Source: Bdellovibrionota bacterium
Lineage (GTDB): Bacteria > Bdellovibrionota_C > UBA2361 > OMII01
Length of the DNA: 64,000 nt
Reading direction: 5' to 3'
NCBI GenBank assembly: GCA_044351795.1
Contig: JBILFA010000005.1
Span: 351 to 64,350, forward strand
The notes under the pieces were generated by a model. The model was not told the DNA's origin. It worked only from the letters and a program-made list of their open reading frames with translations, and searched no databases. Positions 1 to 9,954 of the stretch are shown piece by piece. The translations under genes were made by a program, and so were the position numbers. Position 1 is the first letter of the stretch; each line of letters starts with the position of its first letter.

Positions 1-2
1 CC

Positions 3-1169
3 GAAATCGTACATGCCCCCGGAGAAGCGCTCCTCATCGATTGGGGACACCTGTGGAATGTTGCCACGACCAGCAGCGGACGAATTCAGAAGGTATGGGT
101 ATTCGTAGGCGTACTCGGGTACTCACGCTACATGGTGGCGAGAGTCATGACGTCGTGCGACTCGAGCACAACGCTTTCAAGCCTCTCCGACATGTATCAG
201 GAGCTCGGTGGAGTCCCCCGCCGCACCACGTCGGATAACCCAAAGGTCTTTGCGCTGCGAGCCGACCGCTATGAAGCAGTGCTGAATCCAGTCTACGAGC
301 GCTTTGCAGGTCACTACCAGACGATAGTCGAGTGCTTGCCGCCTCGTTCGCCTGAGAAGAAGGGAAAAGTCGAACGTCCGATGCCGTACATCAGACGACT
401 ACTCGAAGCCTACGACGGCGACCGTTCGGATATCGAGGCGATTCAACGCTACCTTACCCGAAAGCTCGAGATCGCAAATCGGAGAGTTCACGGCACCACC
501 AGAGAGCGTCCTTGCGACCGCTTTGAGCGCGAAGAAAAGCCGTGCCTCGGGTCTCTCCCGACACTCCGCTACGAACCCGAAAGCTATCATGAGGGTACGG
601 TGCGAGTTGACGGGCACGTTCGATTCCTCGGCAAGTACTATTCAGTTGCCGAGTGTTACGTACGAGAGCCGGTCACCGTCATCGGAAACTCGACGAAAGT
701 AGCCATTTATCACAAAGGCAAGCTCATCGAAGTACACGACCGGCTCCATGATCGAACCCGCTCAAAATCAACCAAACGACATCACTTAAAACCCTGGGAA
801 CAGGCGTGTGATAATCCGGACGGCTTACGAGGCATAGCGGAAAAGATCGGGCCCGCTGTCGAAGCTGTTGTTTTGAGGATCTTGAAACGAGGTAACGGAT
901 TCATCGACTTCCGGCGGATATGGGGAATCCTGTCGCTCGAGAAGAAATACTCGCCGCACGAGATCGATGCTGCATGTTTGCGTGCAATTGCTTCCGACGA
1001 TGTAAGTCTCCGTTTCATCGAACGCTCAATTCTCGACGCGCGCGCAGAATCAGAAACGATTGAGTCAACGCCTGAACCCCCCAAACGCGCAAAGTTCGAG
1101 CGCTCGCTGTCCGAGTACTCGCAGCTCTTACTTAATTTAACACAAGGAGGAAAAACCTATGAACATTGA
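3..1169 (+). CDS. istA: IS21-family transposase IstA (N-terminally truncated by window edge)
   Basis: Frame 3 is open from nt 3. The translation GEALLIDWGHLWNV...VWVFVGVLGYSRYMVARV...GGVPRRTTSDNPK...KGKVERPMPYIRR resembles the IstA integrase-core region. Confidence 0.9.
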   Translation, partial: EIVHAPGEALLIDWGHLWNVATTSSGRIQKVWVFVGVLGYSRYMVARVMTSCDSSTTLSSLSDMYQELGGVPRRTTSDNPKVFALRADRYEAVLNPVYERFAGHYQTIVECLPPRSPEKKGKVERPMPYIRRLLEAYDGDRSDIEAIQRYLTRKLEIANRRVHGTTRERPCDRFEREEKPCLGSLPTLRYEPESYHEGTVRVDGHVRFLGKYYSVAECYVREPVTVIGNSTKVAIYHKGKLIEVHDRLHDRTRSKSTKRHHLKPWEQACDNPDGLRGIAEKIGPAVEAVVLRILKRGNGFIDFRRIWGILSLEKKYSPHEIDAACLRAIASDDVSLRFIERSILDARAESETIESTPEPPKRAKFERSLSEYSQLLLNLTQGGKTYEH

Positions 1170-1929
1170 AACCGTAAAACAGCAGCTTCGGGAGCTCAAA
1201 CTCAAGGTTGCCGCAGCCGAGCTCGATGAAACGTTGCAGGCGCACAAGAAAAATGTGTCTCTGGATTGGCTCTCATCGCTTCTCTCGGCTGAGATCGATG
1301 CCAGGAGAGCTTCTGCGGTCGAGTCCCGTATCAGGCGCGCCGAGTTCCCTGAGATTACGACACTCGAAGCCTTTAATTGGGAGTTCAATCCGGATATCAA
1401 CCGTACGCTCATCGAAGAGCTTGCAACACTCGAGTTCGTTCACAAGCGAGAGGTCGCGCTCTTTCTCGGAAAGCCAGGAACTGGCAAAACGCACCTCGCG
1501 CTCGCTCTCGGCATTCGTGCCGTTCATAGTGGCGTTCGCGTATACTGTTCGAGTATGAAGCGCCTCGCTGCTCATATTGCCTCTGCCAAGTCCAGGAACG
1601 CTCTCGACGGACTCTTCAAACGTATCCTCGGGGCTCGTCTCTGGATCATCGATGATTGGGGCGTCGTCTCTATGCGCCAAGACATCGCAGAAGAGGTCTT
1701 CGACCTCCTCGATAGGCGTCGCCATTGCTCGGCTCTCATCCTTACCTCAAACAGGGATGTTGATGAGTGGGGCACTGTGTTTCCAGATCCCGTCCTCGCT
1801 AGCGCTGCTATCGACCGCCTCTTCCACAACGCTCACATCGCTACTTTCACAGGCAACAGCTATCGACTCGCGAGCAGAATCGCGCTCCCATCCATACACG
1901 CTTCCAAAAAAACCCAAGGAGGTGACTAA
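1159..1929 (+). CDS. istB: IS21-family helper ATPase IstB
   Basis: 256 aa with Walker A GKPGTGKTHLALALG and Walker B LWIIDDWG. The start overlaps the istA stop. Confidence 0.9.
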   Translation: MNIETVKQQLRELKLKVAAAELDETLQAHKKNVSLDWLSSLLSAEIDARRASAVESRIRRAEFPEITTLEAFNWEFNPDINRTLIEELATLEFVHKREVALFLGKPGTGKTHLALALGIRAVHSGVRVYCSSMKRLAAHIASAKSRNALDGLFKRILGARLWIIDDWGVVSMRQDIAEEVFDLLDRRRHCSALILTSNRDVDEWGTVFPDPVLASAAIDRLFHNAHIATFTGNSYRLASRIALPSIHASKKTQGGD

Positions 1930-2194
1930 GAAAACTCAAACTGATATCTATACTGCGGATCATGTTCGTGGGATCGAGGCGGATCTTTTTAGCGGGACGC
2001 GACAGAGTACAAAGAGCGCTCCAAACGATACCGCTCAGGGGAAGCTGACGTTGAATTTCCCGAAGGCACCTACAAACCACCCCTCTTCACCGTCGCGTTT
2101 TGCGGTGGGATTTCATAACCCCACAGGACAGGTGTATCTAACGTAGCGCGGCAGTCAGTATTACAATGCCCCCCTCCTGCGAGGCACCTCTTTA

Positions 2195-2590
2195 TTATTG
2201 CCGTGGACAGACCCGATCAAGGGCCTCTTTGAACTTAGCCACATCCAGGGGCTTTACGAGGTACTCGTCACACGACATCGAATGGGCTCCGTAAATGAAT
2301 CGCCCCGCCGTACTCTCGGTCACTATCAGAACTCGGGTGGTAACGCCTCCGGCTAACTTACGGGGCTCCTCAAGCGAGCGCAAAAGCGACAGAACCTCGA
2401 GCCCAGGCATACCGGGCATCTGCAGGTCCAAAATCAAAACATCGTACGGAATGCCCCGCTCACTCGCATCGGTAACGAGCAAGGCTGCGGCATCTCCGTC
2501 GTTAGCCTCGAAAATTATGTGCTCCGGCGTGATAGCGGAACGGAGGAGGTCTATGGTTTCTGAGTCTTGCTGAGCTATTAGGATACGCAT
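2195..2590 (-). CDS. Single-domain response regulator (CheY-like receiver)
   Basis: 131 aa. MRILIAQQD...YDVLILDLQMPGMPGLEVL...YLVKP carries the receiver acid pocket, phospho-acceptor Asp and conserved Lys. There is no output domain. An AAGGGGAG RBS precedes the ATG. Confidence 0.85.
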   Translation of the reverse strand: MRILIAQQDSETIDLLRSAITPEHIIFEANDGDAAALLVTDASERGIPYDVLILDLQMPGMPGLEVLSLLRSLEEPRKLAGGVTTRVLIVTESTAGRFIYGAHSMSCDEYLVKPLDVAKFKEALDRVCPRQ

Positions 2591-2885
2591 CTTTATCTCC
2601 CCTTATCGTATCGGTCCTTGCCTGAACTGCCTTAACGGTATCGTTGAGCTGTGGCCGGACGCAGATCATATGAGACGAAGGACCCAAAAACAAAATGCTG
2701 CTCTCGTTCGAACAGGTAATCACCGGAACACCCAGATTGAGCATCTTTCCCTGTAACAGGTCACCATTTCTTACAATCAAGCTTGGTCGTCGGTTTTCTA
2801 ACTCCGTAGCCCAGCTCCTGAGGGAATGTTAAAGTCTCGGCTCTTGGCCTGAACGAGTTTACTAACTAGAAGTGCACATTACATT

Positions 2886-3452
2886 ATGAGTCACAGTGAC
2901 CCCGTGTACGCATTGAGTAACAAAGCGGCCTCATCTTCCCCGGATGCATCACCAATTAACGAGATACTCGCCACGTATCGTGTAGGCGATTCACCAGCAG
3001 CCAAAGACCCTCGCGATAGTCAGCTCTTGGGTCTCCGTCATCGGCTCGTTGCGAGCATGGTGAATACGCCTTCTTCCTTGGATGATTTTAGTACCCGCCT
3101 CCAAGAGCTCGATGAGCTTGTTGCGCCCTCTATCTTTAAAGAAGAGCATCAGGAGGCGATTCGCGATTGTGTAGTAGCGCACTGGAAGAGGTCTCTGGTC
3201 CCTGGCTTGACCGAAGTCTGTATCAGCTCAATTAAGCAGAAGCTGGGCGGATTGCTTTCAGTCGCGGCACTCATCGATGTTGGGTTCGCATTCCGACACG
3301 GCATCGATCGGCAGGTCGCATGGCTGGACCTTATGATGGATACTATTGGACCGGCGGTGGCGCGGTGCTGCGCAACTAAAGAGCAGACTACGGCAGTTCT
3401 TAGGCTCATCCAATCCGAGTACGACAGGGTGTTTGACGTGGCCACATTCTAG
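2886..3452 (+). CDS. Hypothetical protein
   Basis: 188-aa ORF filling an otherwise empty interval, with no motif I recognise. Confidence 0.45.
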   Translation: MSHSDPVYALSNKAASSSPDASPINEILATYRVGDSPAAKDPRDSQLLGLRHRLVASMVNTPSSLDDFSTRLQELDELVAPSIFKEEHQEAIRDCVVAHWKRSLVPGLTEVCISSIKQKLGGLLSVAALIDVGFAFRHGIDRQVAWLDLMMDTIGPAVARCCATKEQTTAVLRLIQSEYDRVFDVATF

Positions 3453-3502
3453 CAGACACCTTCTGCCGATATGTAAGGCCGCTTTAGGGATTGAAGCCCA
3501 AC

Positions 3503-4777
3503 TTAGTCGCGAGACAAGACCGGAAAGGTAACCGGAAAAGGTATTCCCTGTAAGGTGCGTCGTAGGCAGTCTAATGCCACAAACGCTGCATACGTGCGCA
3601 CATTCCCTCGCTCACTCGGATAGAGACACCGAAGGCTCGAGACCCCCTGCGGCGAGGCGAATCCCACGAAGAAGGTACCAACCGGTTTGTCGTCGCTTCC
3701 GCCAGCGGGACCCGCGACTCCACTGACAGACACCCCAAACGTAGCACCGTAGAGAGTGCGCGCCGAGGTCGCCATCGCCTCCACGGTTTGAGCGCTGACA
3801 GCGCCGTGAGTATCGAGAATCTCTCGCGGCACATTCAACATCTGTTCCTTGATGTCGTTGTGGTACGCCACCACTCCACCGCGATAGACACTTGATGAGC
3901 CGGCAGTCCTCGTCAACAACTCGCCAAGCATGCCTCCCGTGCACGACTCTGCGGTAGCGACAGTTGCCCCGTGCTCGATCAGAAGATTCTGCACACGTTC
4001 GACACAGGACTGAGTGGGTTCTTCTGAGAATATGAAGCTCGGCTCGATAATCGATCGCACTTTCTCCGCGTACTCCCTAAGCGCAGGAAAGCTCTCAGAG
4101 GCTTTCAGTACGACATGCACCTCTGGAAAAGCAGCCCGGTATGAAACTACTATCTCCGGCGGCAGCTTCAATCCGGATACGAGTTTTCCAACAAAAGACT
4201 CCGGAAATCCAAAGGTCTTGAAGGTTATCCGCGTGAGCTTAGGCAGTCCTGCGCTGCGCTCTCGTATCAGGGGAGCAACAGAAGCAGCGTACATGCTCTT
4301 GAACTCGCGCGGCACCCCGGAGAGCGAGCACACCGTCACCCCCTCTTTGGTACTCATCATGAATCCAGGAGCCGTACCGAATTCGTTCGGAATCATCTGC
4401 GAGCCAAGCGGCAGGAGCGCTTGTTTGAGATTGGTAGCATCGAGCGTTCGGCCACGTTTGCGGTAAAAGTCCTCGAGGTGCTTGCGAGCGTCTGGATACT
4501 CTGCCAGCCCCACCTGAAAGAACTGTGCAAGCAGATCACGGGTCAGATCGTCGTCTGTAGGCCCGAGGCCCCCGGATGTGATCACGATGTCGCTCACTGC
4601 ACTCAGCTCGCGCAAGCCGCTCACGAGCTCTCCCATATCGTCATCGACGAGCAGCACTCGCTTTAACTTGAGCCCCAGATCCGAGAGCTCTCGAGCGACG
4701 AAATTGGAATTGGTGTCGACTACACGACCATCGAGGAGCTCAGAACCGGTTGCGAGTATCGATACCGAAATGCTCAT
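3503..4777 (-). CDS. cinA: CinA-family protein (competence/damage-inducible; nicotinamide-nucleotide amidohydrolase PncC-type C-terminal domain)
   Basis: 424 aa. The N-terminal MoCF-like domain has ILATGSELLDGRVVDTNS. The C-terminal CinA domain has ATAESCTGGMLG and GVSVSGVAGPAGG. Confidence 0.9.
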   Translation of the reverse strand: MSISVSILATGSELLDGRVVDTNSNFVARELSDLGLKLKRVLLVDDDMGELVSGLRELSAVSDIVITSGGLGPTDDDLTRDLLAQFFQVGLAEYPDARKHLEDFYRKRGRTLDATNLKQALLPLGSQMIPNEFGTAPGFMMSTKEGVTVCSLSGVPREFKSMYAASVAPLIRERSAGLPKLTRITFKTFGFPESFVGKLVSGLKLPPEIVVSYRAAFPEVHVVLKASESFPALREYAEKVRSIIEPSFIFSEEPTQSCVERVQNLLIEHGATVATAESCTGGMLGELLTRTAGSSSVYRGGVVAYHNDIKEQMLNVPREILDTHGAVSAQTVEAMATSARTLYGATFGVSVSGVAGPAGGSDDKPVGTFFVGFASPQGVSSLRCLYPSERGNVRTYAAFVALDCLRRTLQGIPFPVTFPVLSRD

Positions 4778-6156
4778 GCCCGAGGCTTACCAGATCCAAC
4801 CGAAGCAACCGACATCGAGTCGTGAAGCTTCTTGAGGTCAGCAATCATTGCGAGCACCGCTTTGGGCGGCTTGATCGCATCGGGTGACTGCATAATCTTA
4901 GCTTTGAGGGGATCGATGTACTTGCCGTTATCGAAAAGCCCGAAATGGAGGTGCGGGCCGGTGGCCAAACCTGTCTTGCCAAGGGTTCCAATTACCGAAC
5001 CGCGAGTCACTCGCGCACCCTTCTTAATGCTCGCTGCAATTTTATGAAGATGCATGTACTCAGTCGTGTAGCGCGAATCGTGCGCTATCTTGACCATGTT
5101 GCCCATCGACGATGAATACCCCGAAGCAACTACCACTCCATCGCCTACGGTGCGGATAGGAGTCCCGGTCGGAGCGGAGAAATCAACGCCGTTGTGTGGG
5201 CGTGAGATGTGAAGGATCGGATGGAAGCGGGAGGTCGAGAACACCGAACCGATACGGGTGTACTGAACGGGATAGCGTAGGAAGGCCTTAGTTGGCATCT
5301 GGCCATTCTCGTCGAAGTATCGAACCGTTCCGTCTGAGGCTACATCGCGCACGACAGCCATCAACTTATCACCAAGCTTGAGAGACGCGGCACGAATCGC
5401 GCCGGGCTGAAGTTGCTCACCATCTTCGGTAAATGATTCCTCGAACACGACCGAAAAGGTGTCTCCCGGCTGAAGATCGCGTCGGAATTCGACTCGGTTA
5501 CTGAAGAGATCGACGAAGTCATCGACAACGGCATACGGAATGTCGGCTCCATTGGCCGAATCGACCAAGGAGGAGAATATGGTGCCGGTAACCTTCCGCT
5601 CTTTGCTGATAACCCGAGCCTGATCGATGCGTGGAACGTACCCTTGTGCGGGATCCCCTGTGAGGATTAGTGAGGCTCCGCCTGAAAGCTTACGACGAAT
5701 CTGAACTATCTCGCCTGATTGACGCGTAAACTCGAGTGACTCTCCAACTTTGAGGTCGTGTGCAGATACGCGCGCATCTTTGAATGCGTCGACGAGGACC
5801 TGTGCCCCTTCGGGCGCACCGCCGATATCGAGCCAGACAGAGGAGAGGGTGTCACCCTTAGAGATCGTATGTTCGAAGACACCATCGGCGATTAGAGCGT
5901 CTCCGGCTCCGAAGGGGGTAATGGGTGTTCGGACTGAGATATCGGTTCTTGGCGGGGAAGACAGATCTCCCTCCTCCTCGAGCGACAGGGCCCCGAGACT
6001 TTTTAGTGGGCTCTGGTCGCTGTACAGGAGTTCGTTGGACAACAGTCGCAAGCCTGCGAAATCAGTTATCCGACTTCCTAGGTTTGTGCCTTGTATAAAT
6101 AGCACGCTCCCGAACACCACAACCGCAGTTCGAGCAGCCAAAACGTACCTTTTCAT
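4774..6156 (-). CDS. M23-family (LytM-type) metallopeptidase with N-terminal anchor
   Basis: 460 aa with M23 motifs HNGVDFSAPTGTPI and GPHLHFGLFDNGKYIDP and a hydrophobic N-terminus. A 4-nt overlap links it to the downstream cinA-like gene. Confidence 0.85.
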   Translation of the reverse strand: MKRYVLAARTAVVVFGSVLFIQGTNLGSRITDFAGLRLLSNELLYSDQSPLKSLGALSLEEEGDLSSPPRTDISVRTPITPFGAGDALIADGVFEHTISKGDTLSSVWLDIGGAPEGAQVLVDAFKDARVSAHDLKVGESLEFTRQSGEIVQIRRKLSGGASLILTGDPAQGYVPRIDQARVISKERKVTGTIFSSLVDSANGADIPYAVVDDFVDLFSNRVEFRRDLQPGDTFSVVFEESFTEDGEQLQPGAIRAASLKLGDKLMAVVRDVASDGTVRYFDENGQMPTKAFLRYPVQYTRIGSVFSTSRFHPILHISRPHNGVDFSAPTGTPIRTVGDGVVVASGYSSSMGNMVKIAHDSRYTTEYMHLHKIAASIKKGARVTRGSVIGTLGKTGLATGPHLHFGLFDNGKYIDPLKAKIMQSPDAIKPPKAVLAMIADLKKLHDSMSVASVGSGKPRA

Positions 6157-6311
6157 GCAAGCCGGACTTTATCTGAACTGTTCAGGGTGTCACAACCCCT
6201 TAAGCCGCTTTTATGCCTCAAGCAAGGCACCCCAACCGCCCCCTGTGACAGACCTTCAAAAACATCAGGTTTCCATCAATATTTCAACATGTTACAACAC
6301 AGGCCTCAGTT

Positions 6312-6725
6312 ATGACGATAATTGCCGTCGATGTTGGAACCGTTCGGGTAGGCTGCGCTGCTGCCGATGAATCCGTCCGTATCGCTTTTCCTGTGGCGGT
6401 CTGGCCCCGCGCTCAGGCGCATGCCGAAAGGGAACTCCTCAAAACTCTTGAGGAACGCCAGGTAAAGATACTCGTAGTAGGGCTCCCACTTGATGAGAGG
6501 GGGCATCGAACTCCTATCTGTGAAAATATCGAGGGCTTTATTCGTCGTATTGCTAAGAGAGCTGTAATCAAGATTGTATACGTCGACGAAGCATTCTCTT
6601 CGGTGGAAGCTACACAACGGGCCGCGCAGAGTTCCAGCTCGGTCAAAGAGGTTGATGCATTCGCCGCGTGTCTAATTCTGGAACGCTATTTCGAGAGCCT
6701 TACTAACGGCTCTCCTTACTCCTAG
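6312..6725 (+). CDS. ruvX: Holliday junction resolvase-like / pre-16S rRNA nuclease RuvX (YqgF)
   Basis: 137 aa with IIAVDVGTVRVGCA and ILVVGLPLDERG, typical of the YqgF family. Confidence 0.85.
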   Translation: MTIIAVDVGTVRVGCAAADESVRIAFPVAVWPRAQAHAERELLKTLEERQVKILVVGLPLDERGHRTPICENIEGFIRRIAKRAVIKIVYVDEAFSSVEATQRAAQSSSSVKEVDAFAACLILERYFESLTNGSPYS

Positions 6726-6733
6726 AGGGCTCT

Positions 6734-7747
6734 GTGGTTCGTAAGTTACTTCTCACCATTCTGTATATTACAACCCCGATCGTAGTCGGCCTGGGAGTGT
6801 ACCAAGCACTCGAATCCTTCTTCTTCTCTGCGCTGAGCCCCGCGGATACCAGCGCTAAGATATTTGAGGTCGCCCCTCAATCAACCTTCAAAGGGATCGC
6901 CAAGGAGCTCGAACGTCAGGGGTTCATACGCAGCCACTGGTCAATCGTCGCCTTCGCAAAGATCCGCGGGCAGGACACTTCAATTAAGGCAGGAGAATAC
7001 GAACTTTCCCCCTCGATGATGCCAAGCGATATCTTGGAAAAGATGGCGTCGGGCAAGATGTTCCTGCGCAAGATAACGCTCAAAGAGGGTGAATCGATGT
7101 GGGAGATCGGGCCTGACCTCGAACAGCAAAACATCCTCCCGCGCATCGAGTTCGAGAAACTGCTCTCTGACCCCAGCTTAGTGCACGAACTCGGGATCGA
7201 AGGACCCAGCTTGGAAGGATACCTCTTCCCTGAAACGTACCAATTTCCGCGGAATACACCCGCCAAAAAGATCGTCGCAGCCATGTACGAACAGCTCCAA
7301 AAGCGATGGTTACCTGAGTGGGACGAGCGCTTGAAAGAGCTCTCCATGACCAAGCACCAGGTACTGACCCTTGCTTCTATCGTTGAGAAGGAATCGGGCA
7401 GTGCAGACGAACAGCCGATAATCTCCTCGGTTTTTTACAACCGCCTCAAGAAGGGAATGAAGCTCCAGGCTGATCCGACCGTCATTTACGGAATCCAAAA
7501 TTTCAACGGGAACATTACCAAAGAGGATCTGCAAACCCCTACGCCGTACAACACGTATGTGATTACAGGCCTCCCCCCCGGCCCCATCGCAAACCCCGGA
7601 CTCTCCGCTATTAAAGCGACCCTCTATCCAGCCACGACGGATTACCTCTACTTCGTCGCAAACGGGCAAGGCGGTCACATATTTTCAGAAACACTCGACG
7701 CCCACAACGACTCAGTGAACACATATCAGAGGAACTCCGCCCCTTAA
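6734..7747 (+). CDS. mltG: Endolytic murein transglycosylase MltG (YceG-like)
   Basis: 337 aa with a GTG start and an N-terminal TM helix. LTLASIVEKESG and LQADPTVIYG are YceG-domain signatures. Confidence 0.9.
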   Translation: MVRKLLLTILYITTPIVVGLGVYQALESFFFSALSPADTSAKIFEVAPQSTFKGIAKELERQGFIRSHWSIVAFAKIRGQDTSIKAGEYELSPSMMPSDILEKMASGKMFLRKITLKEGESMWEIGPDLEQQNILPRIEFEKLLSDPSLVHELGIEGPSLEGYLFPETYQFPRNTPAKKIVAAMYEQLQKRWLPEWDERLKELSMTKHQVLTLASIVEKESGSADEQPIISSVFYNRLKKGMKLQADPTVIYGIQNFNGNITKEDLQTPTPYNTYVITGLPPGPIANPGLSAIKATLYPATTDYLYFVANGQGGHIFSETLDAHNDSVNTYQRNSAP

Positions 7748-7758
7748 CGTGAGAAACC

Positions 7759-9867
7759 ATGTCCGATCCTATAGACGCTCTGTTACATACGATTCAGAAC
7801 AAGGAGCGTAGAAATCGAACTCTATCTCTCTCCGTTCTTGCTACAGCATATTTAGCCGCCCTGATACTGCTCACTGTTCTCGGTTATTGGTACGACTGTT
7901 GGCTCGTGCTCGCCTCGTCACCGATCGTTGCTGCCGTTCTATGGTACATCTCTCGAAAAGGCATCCGCTCGCTCTCCGTCTCGCTCGCTGAGGCCTCTGC
8001 CATAATAGAGTCTGCGTTTTCAACCAAAGATAGGCTCGGCTCTTTCGTTGAACTACAAGAGTCCTCGCTGGAAGTCGATACCGCGCGTCGCGACTTCATC
8101 TCTCTACAACTACGCTCTCTCATTTCGGGCGCGCCGAATCTTGACGGGATCGGCACATACAAGCTCTCCACCTCTGATAGGAACGCCGCGCTTACTAGTC
8201 TTGTGTTTGCCTGCGCGGCTTTCGGACTCTTCTGGTTTCGACCGATACCTCCCATCGAGCAAGCAGCGCGAGCGATCCGCGAGATCGTCGAGCAGAGCCC
8301 GGATCTGCCGATTCCCCTTCAGGAGCAGGCTCTGGAGCTGGCTCTCACCACACAGGGGTCGCCGTCCGACGTCGCACGGATCTCTGAAGCGCTACAGCGC
8401 ACACGGCAAGAGTTGAGCACAGCGCTGCGAGAGAACGATTCCTCCGGGCACGACCTTGCACCATCCGAATCTTTAGAGAGCTCCCAAGGCTCTGCTCCCG
8501 AAAAGCCGCAGCACTCCCAAAAGAACAAAGAAGAAGCCAAGTCTCCGATCAAAAAGGAGAGCCCGACTTCGCCTCAGCAAGAAAATCGAGCACGCGACGA
8601 GCGCGAAAAGCAAAACCAAGAGAAAGCTCAACAAGAGAAACAAAACTCAAACGAGCCGACGCAAAAGGGAGAGAAGGAGAAGCAAGAGAAACAACAGGGC
8701 TCTCAATCTGCTTCACAGGACCCTTCGAAGAGCTCCACGTCCGAGTCTCAAAAAGAGGGGAGCGATCAACAGCAGGGCTCGCAAGACAAGAACGCCCAAC
8801 AGAAGCAAGGAGGCTCTAAATCCGAGCAGGGCAGCTCCGGTCAACAGCAGACATCAGAACAACAACAACAATCGCAGAAATCCGGGAGCGGCCAACAAGA
8901 AGAGTCACAGGATCAGCAGTCGGGAGGCCAACAAGGCGAGGGGCAAGGGCAGGGAGGCGGATCTGCTCAAGGTCAAAACGATTCGCAGCAGCAAGGTTCT
9001 AAAGGTGCCCCTTCATCTTCCGGCAAGGGGCAGGGAGAGGGTGAACAGAAGACGGGAGAGTCCGATGGTTCACAACAGCAAGGACAAGCCGGGTCCTCTC
9101 CCTCTCAATCAGGGGACAAAGGTTCAGACCAAGCCCTCAACCAACTAGACCAAGCGCTTCAGCAGATGGAGCAAGCCGTAGAGCAACTCCAACAACAAGA
9201 GCAAGGCTCTCAAGGTGACGGAGGCTCAGGCAACAAGGAATCCCCCGGTGACTCTAAGGAGCAGCAAGGGCAGAGCGGAGGCAAACCATCGCCCAACGAA
9301 AATCCAAACCAGAACAACAAGGATTCACAACAGGGATCCAAGGGCCAGGGGAGTGGAGAAGAGCCAAACGACCGTTCGCAGAAGGAGTCCTCTAAGCAGG
9401 GTGACGCCCCAAAAAACGAACCAAACGATCAATCGTCATCTCAGAACAAGGGCGGTAAAAAAGGCGACGACAAGGGGGACAAGGGCTCACAAGGTGGCGA
9501 GGACTCACGTAGTAAAGATAAGCCTCAGGAACAGAAAGAGCAGGGACCTCAAGGCACAGAGGATGGTAGTGGCGAGAGATCTTCTCAGCCGGATCGCAAT
9601 GCCAGAACGAAAGATATCGGAGAGATGGGAGAAGGCTCCGGCGGTGAAGGCCTCGGCCCTAACACTGCGTTCAAAGAATCGGAGATAACGTCACAGGACG
9701 AGAAGTTCGACACACGCTACACCGGCAACGAATCCTCGCTCGAAAAGAACAAGGCTCCGGCCGAACCGAAAACCTCGATAGAAGACGTAACTCTCGCGAA
9801 ACCTAAAGGCTCAAAGGAAAAGGACGAACAGCCGATACCGCTCGAGTATAGGGATATCCTCCAGTAG
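7759..9867 (+). CDS. Membrane-anchored protein with ~450-aa Q/S/G/K/E/D low-complexity region (DUF4175-like organisation, tentative)
   Basis: 702 aa. Hydrophobic helices lie near residues 30-65 and 145-165, followed by extreme compositional bias. It ends with IPLEYRDILQ. Confidence 0.7.
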   Translation: MSDPIDALLHTIQNKERRNRTLSLSVLATAYLAALILLTVLGYWYDCWLVLASSPIVAAVLWYISRKGIRSLSVSLAEASAIIESAFSTKDRLGSFVELQESSLEVDTARRDFISLQLRSLISGAPNLDGIGTYKLSTSDRNAALTSLVFACAAFGLFWFRPIPPIEQAARAIREIVEQSPDLPIPLQEQALELALTTQGSPSDVARISEALQRTRQELSTALRENDSSGHDLAPSESLESSQGSAPEKPQHSQKNKEEAKSPIKKESPTSPQQENRARDEREKQNQEKAQQEKQNSNEPTQKGEKEKQEKQQGSQSASQDPSKSSTSESQKEGSDQQQGSQDKNAQQKQGGSKSEQGSSGQQQTSEQQQQSQKSGSGQQEESQDQQSGGQQGEGQGQGGGSAQGQNDSQQQGSKGAPSSSGKGQGEGEQKTGESDGSQQQGQAGSSPSQSGDKGSDQALNQLDQALQQMEQAVEQLQQQEQGSQGDGGSGNKESPGDSKEQQGQSGGKPSPNENPNQNNKDSQQGSKGQGSGEEPNDRSQKESSKQGDAPKNEPNDQSSSQNKGGKKGDDKGDKGSQGGEDSRSKDKPQEQKEQGPQGTEDGSGERSSQPDRNARTKDIGEMGEGSGGEGLGPNTAFKESEITSQDEKFDTRYTGNESSLEKNKAPAEPKTSIEDVTLAKPKGSKEKDEQPIPLEYRDILQ

Positions 9868-9954
9868 TAGGCTATGCTTCCAAAGCCTACAATCGACCCC
9901 GTCATCGATGCTTTCTGTTAGAACCTTTTCGCGCCTTACGGTATACTTACTTGA

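Larger units (their letters stand above)
1..2150 (+). mobile_element. IS21-family insertion sequence, left part outside window; right boundary approximate
   Basis: Canonical istA-istB gene pair with an 11-nt overlap. The terminal inverted repeat cannot be defined because the left end is not in the window. Confidence 0.7.

Noticed and set aside
2502-2780. 92-aa minus-strand ORF upstream of the response regulator
   Set aside because: It overlaps the regulator gene by 89 nt in another frame and has no motif. The regulator ATG has its own strong RBS.
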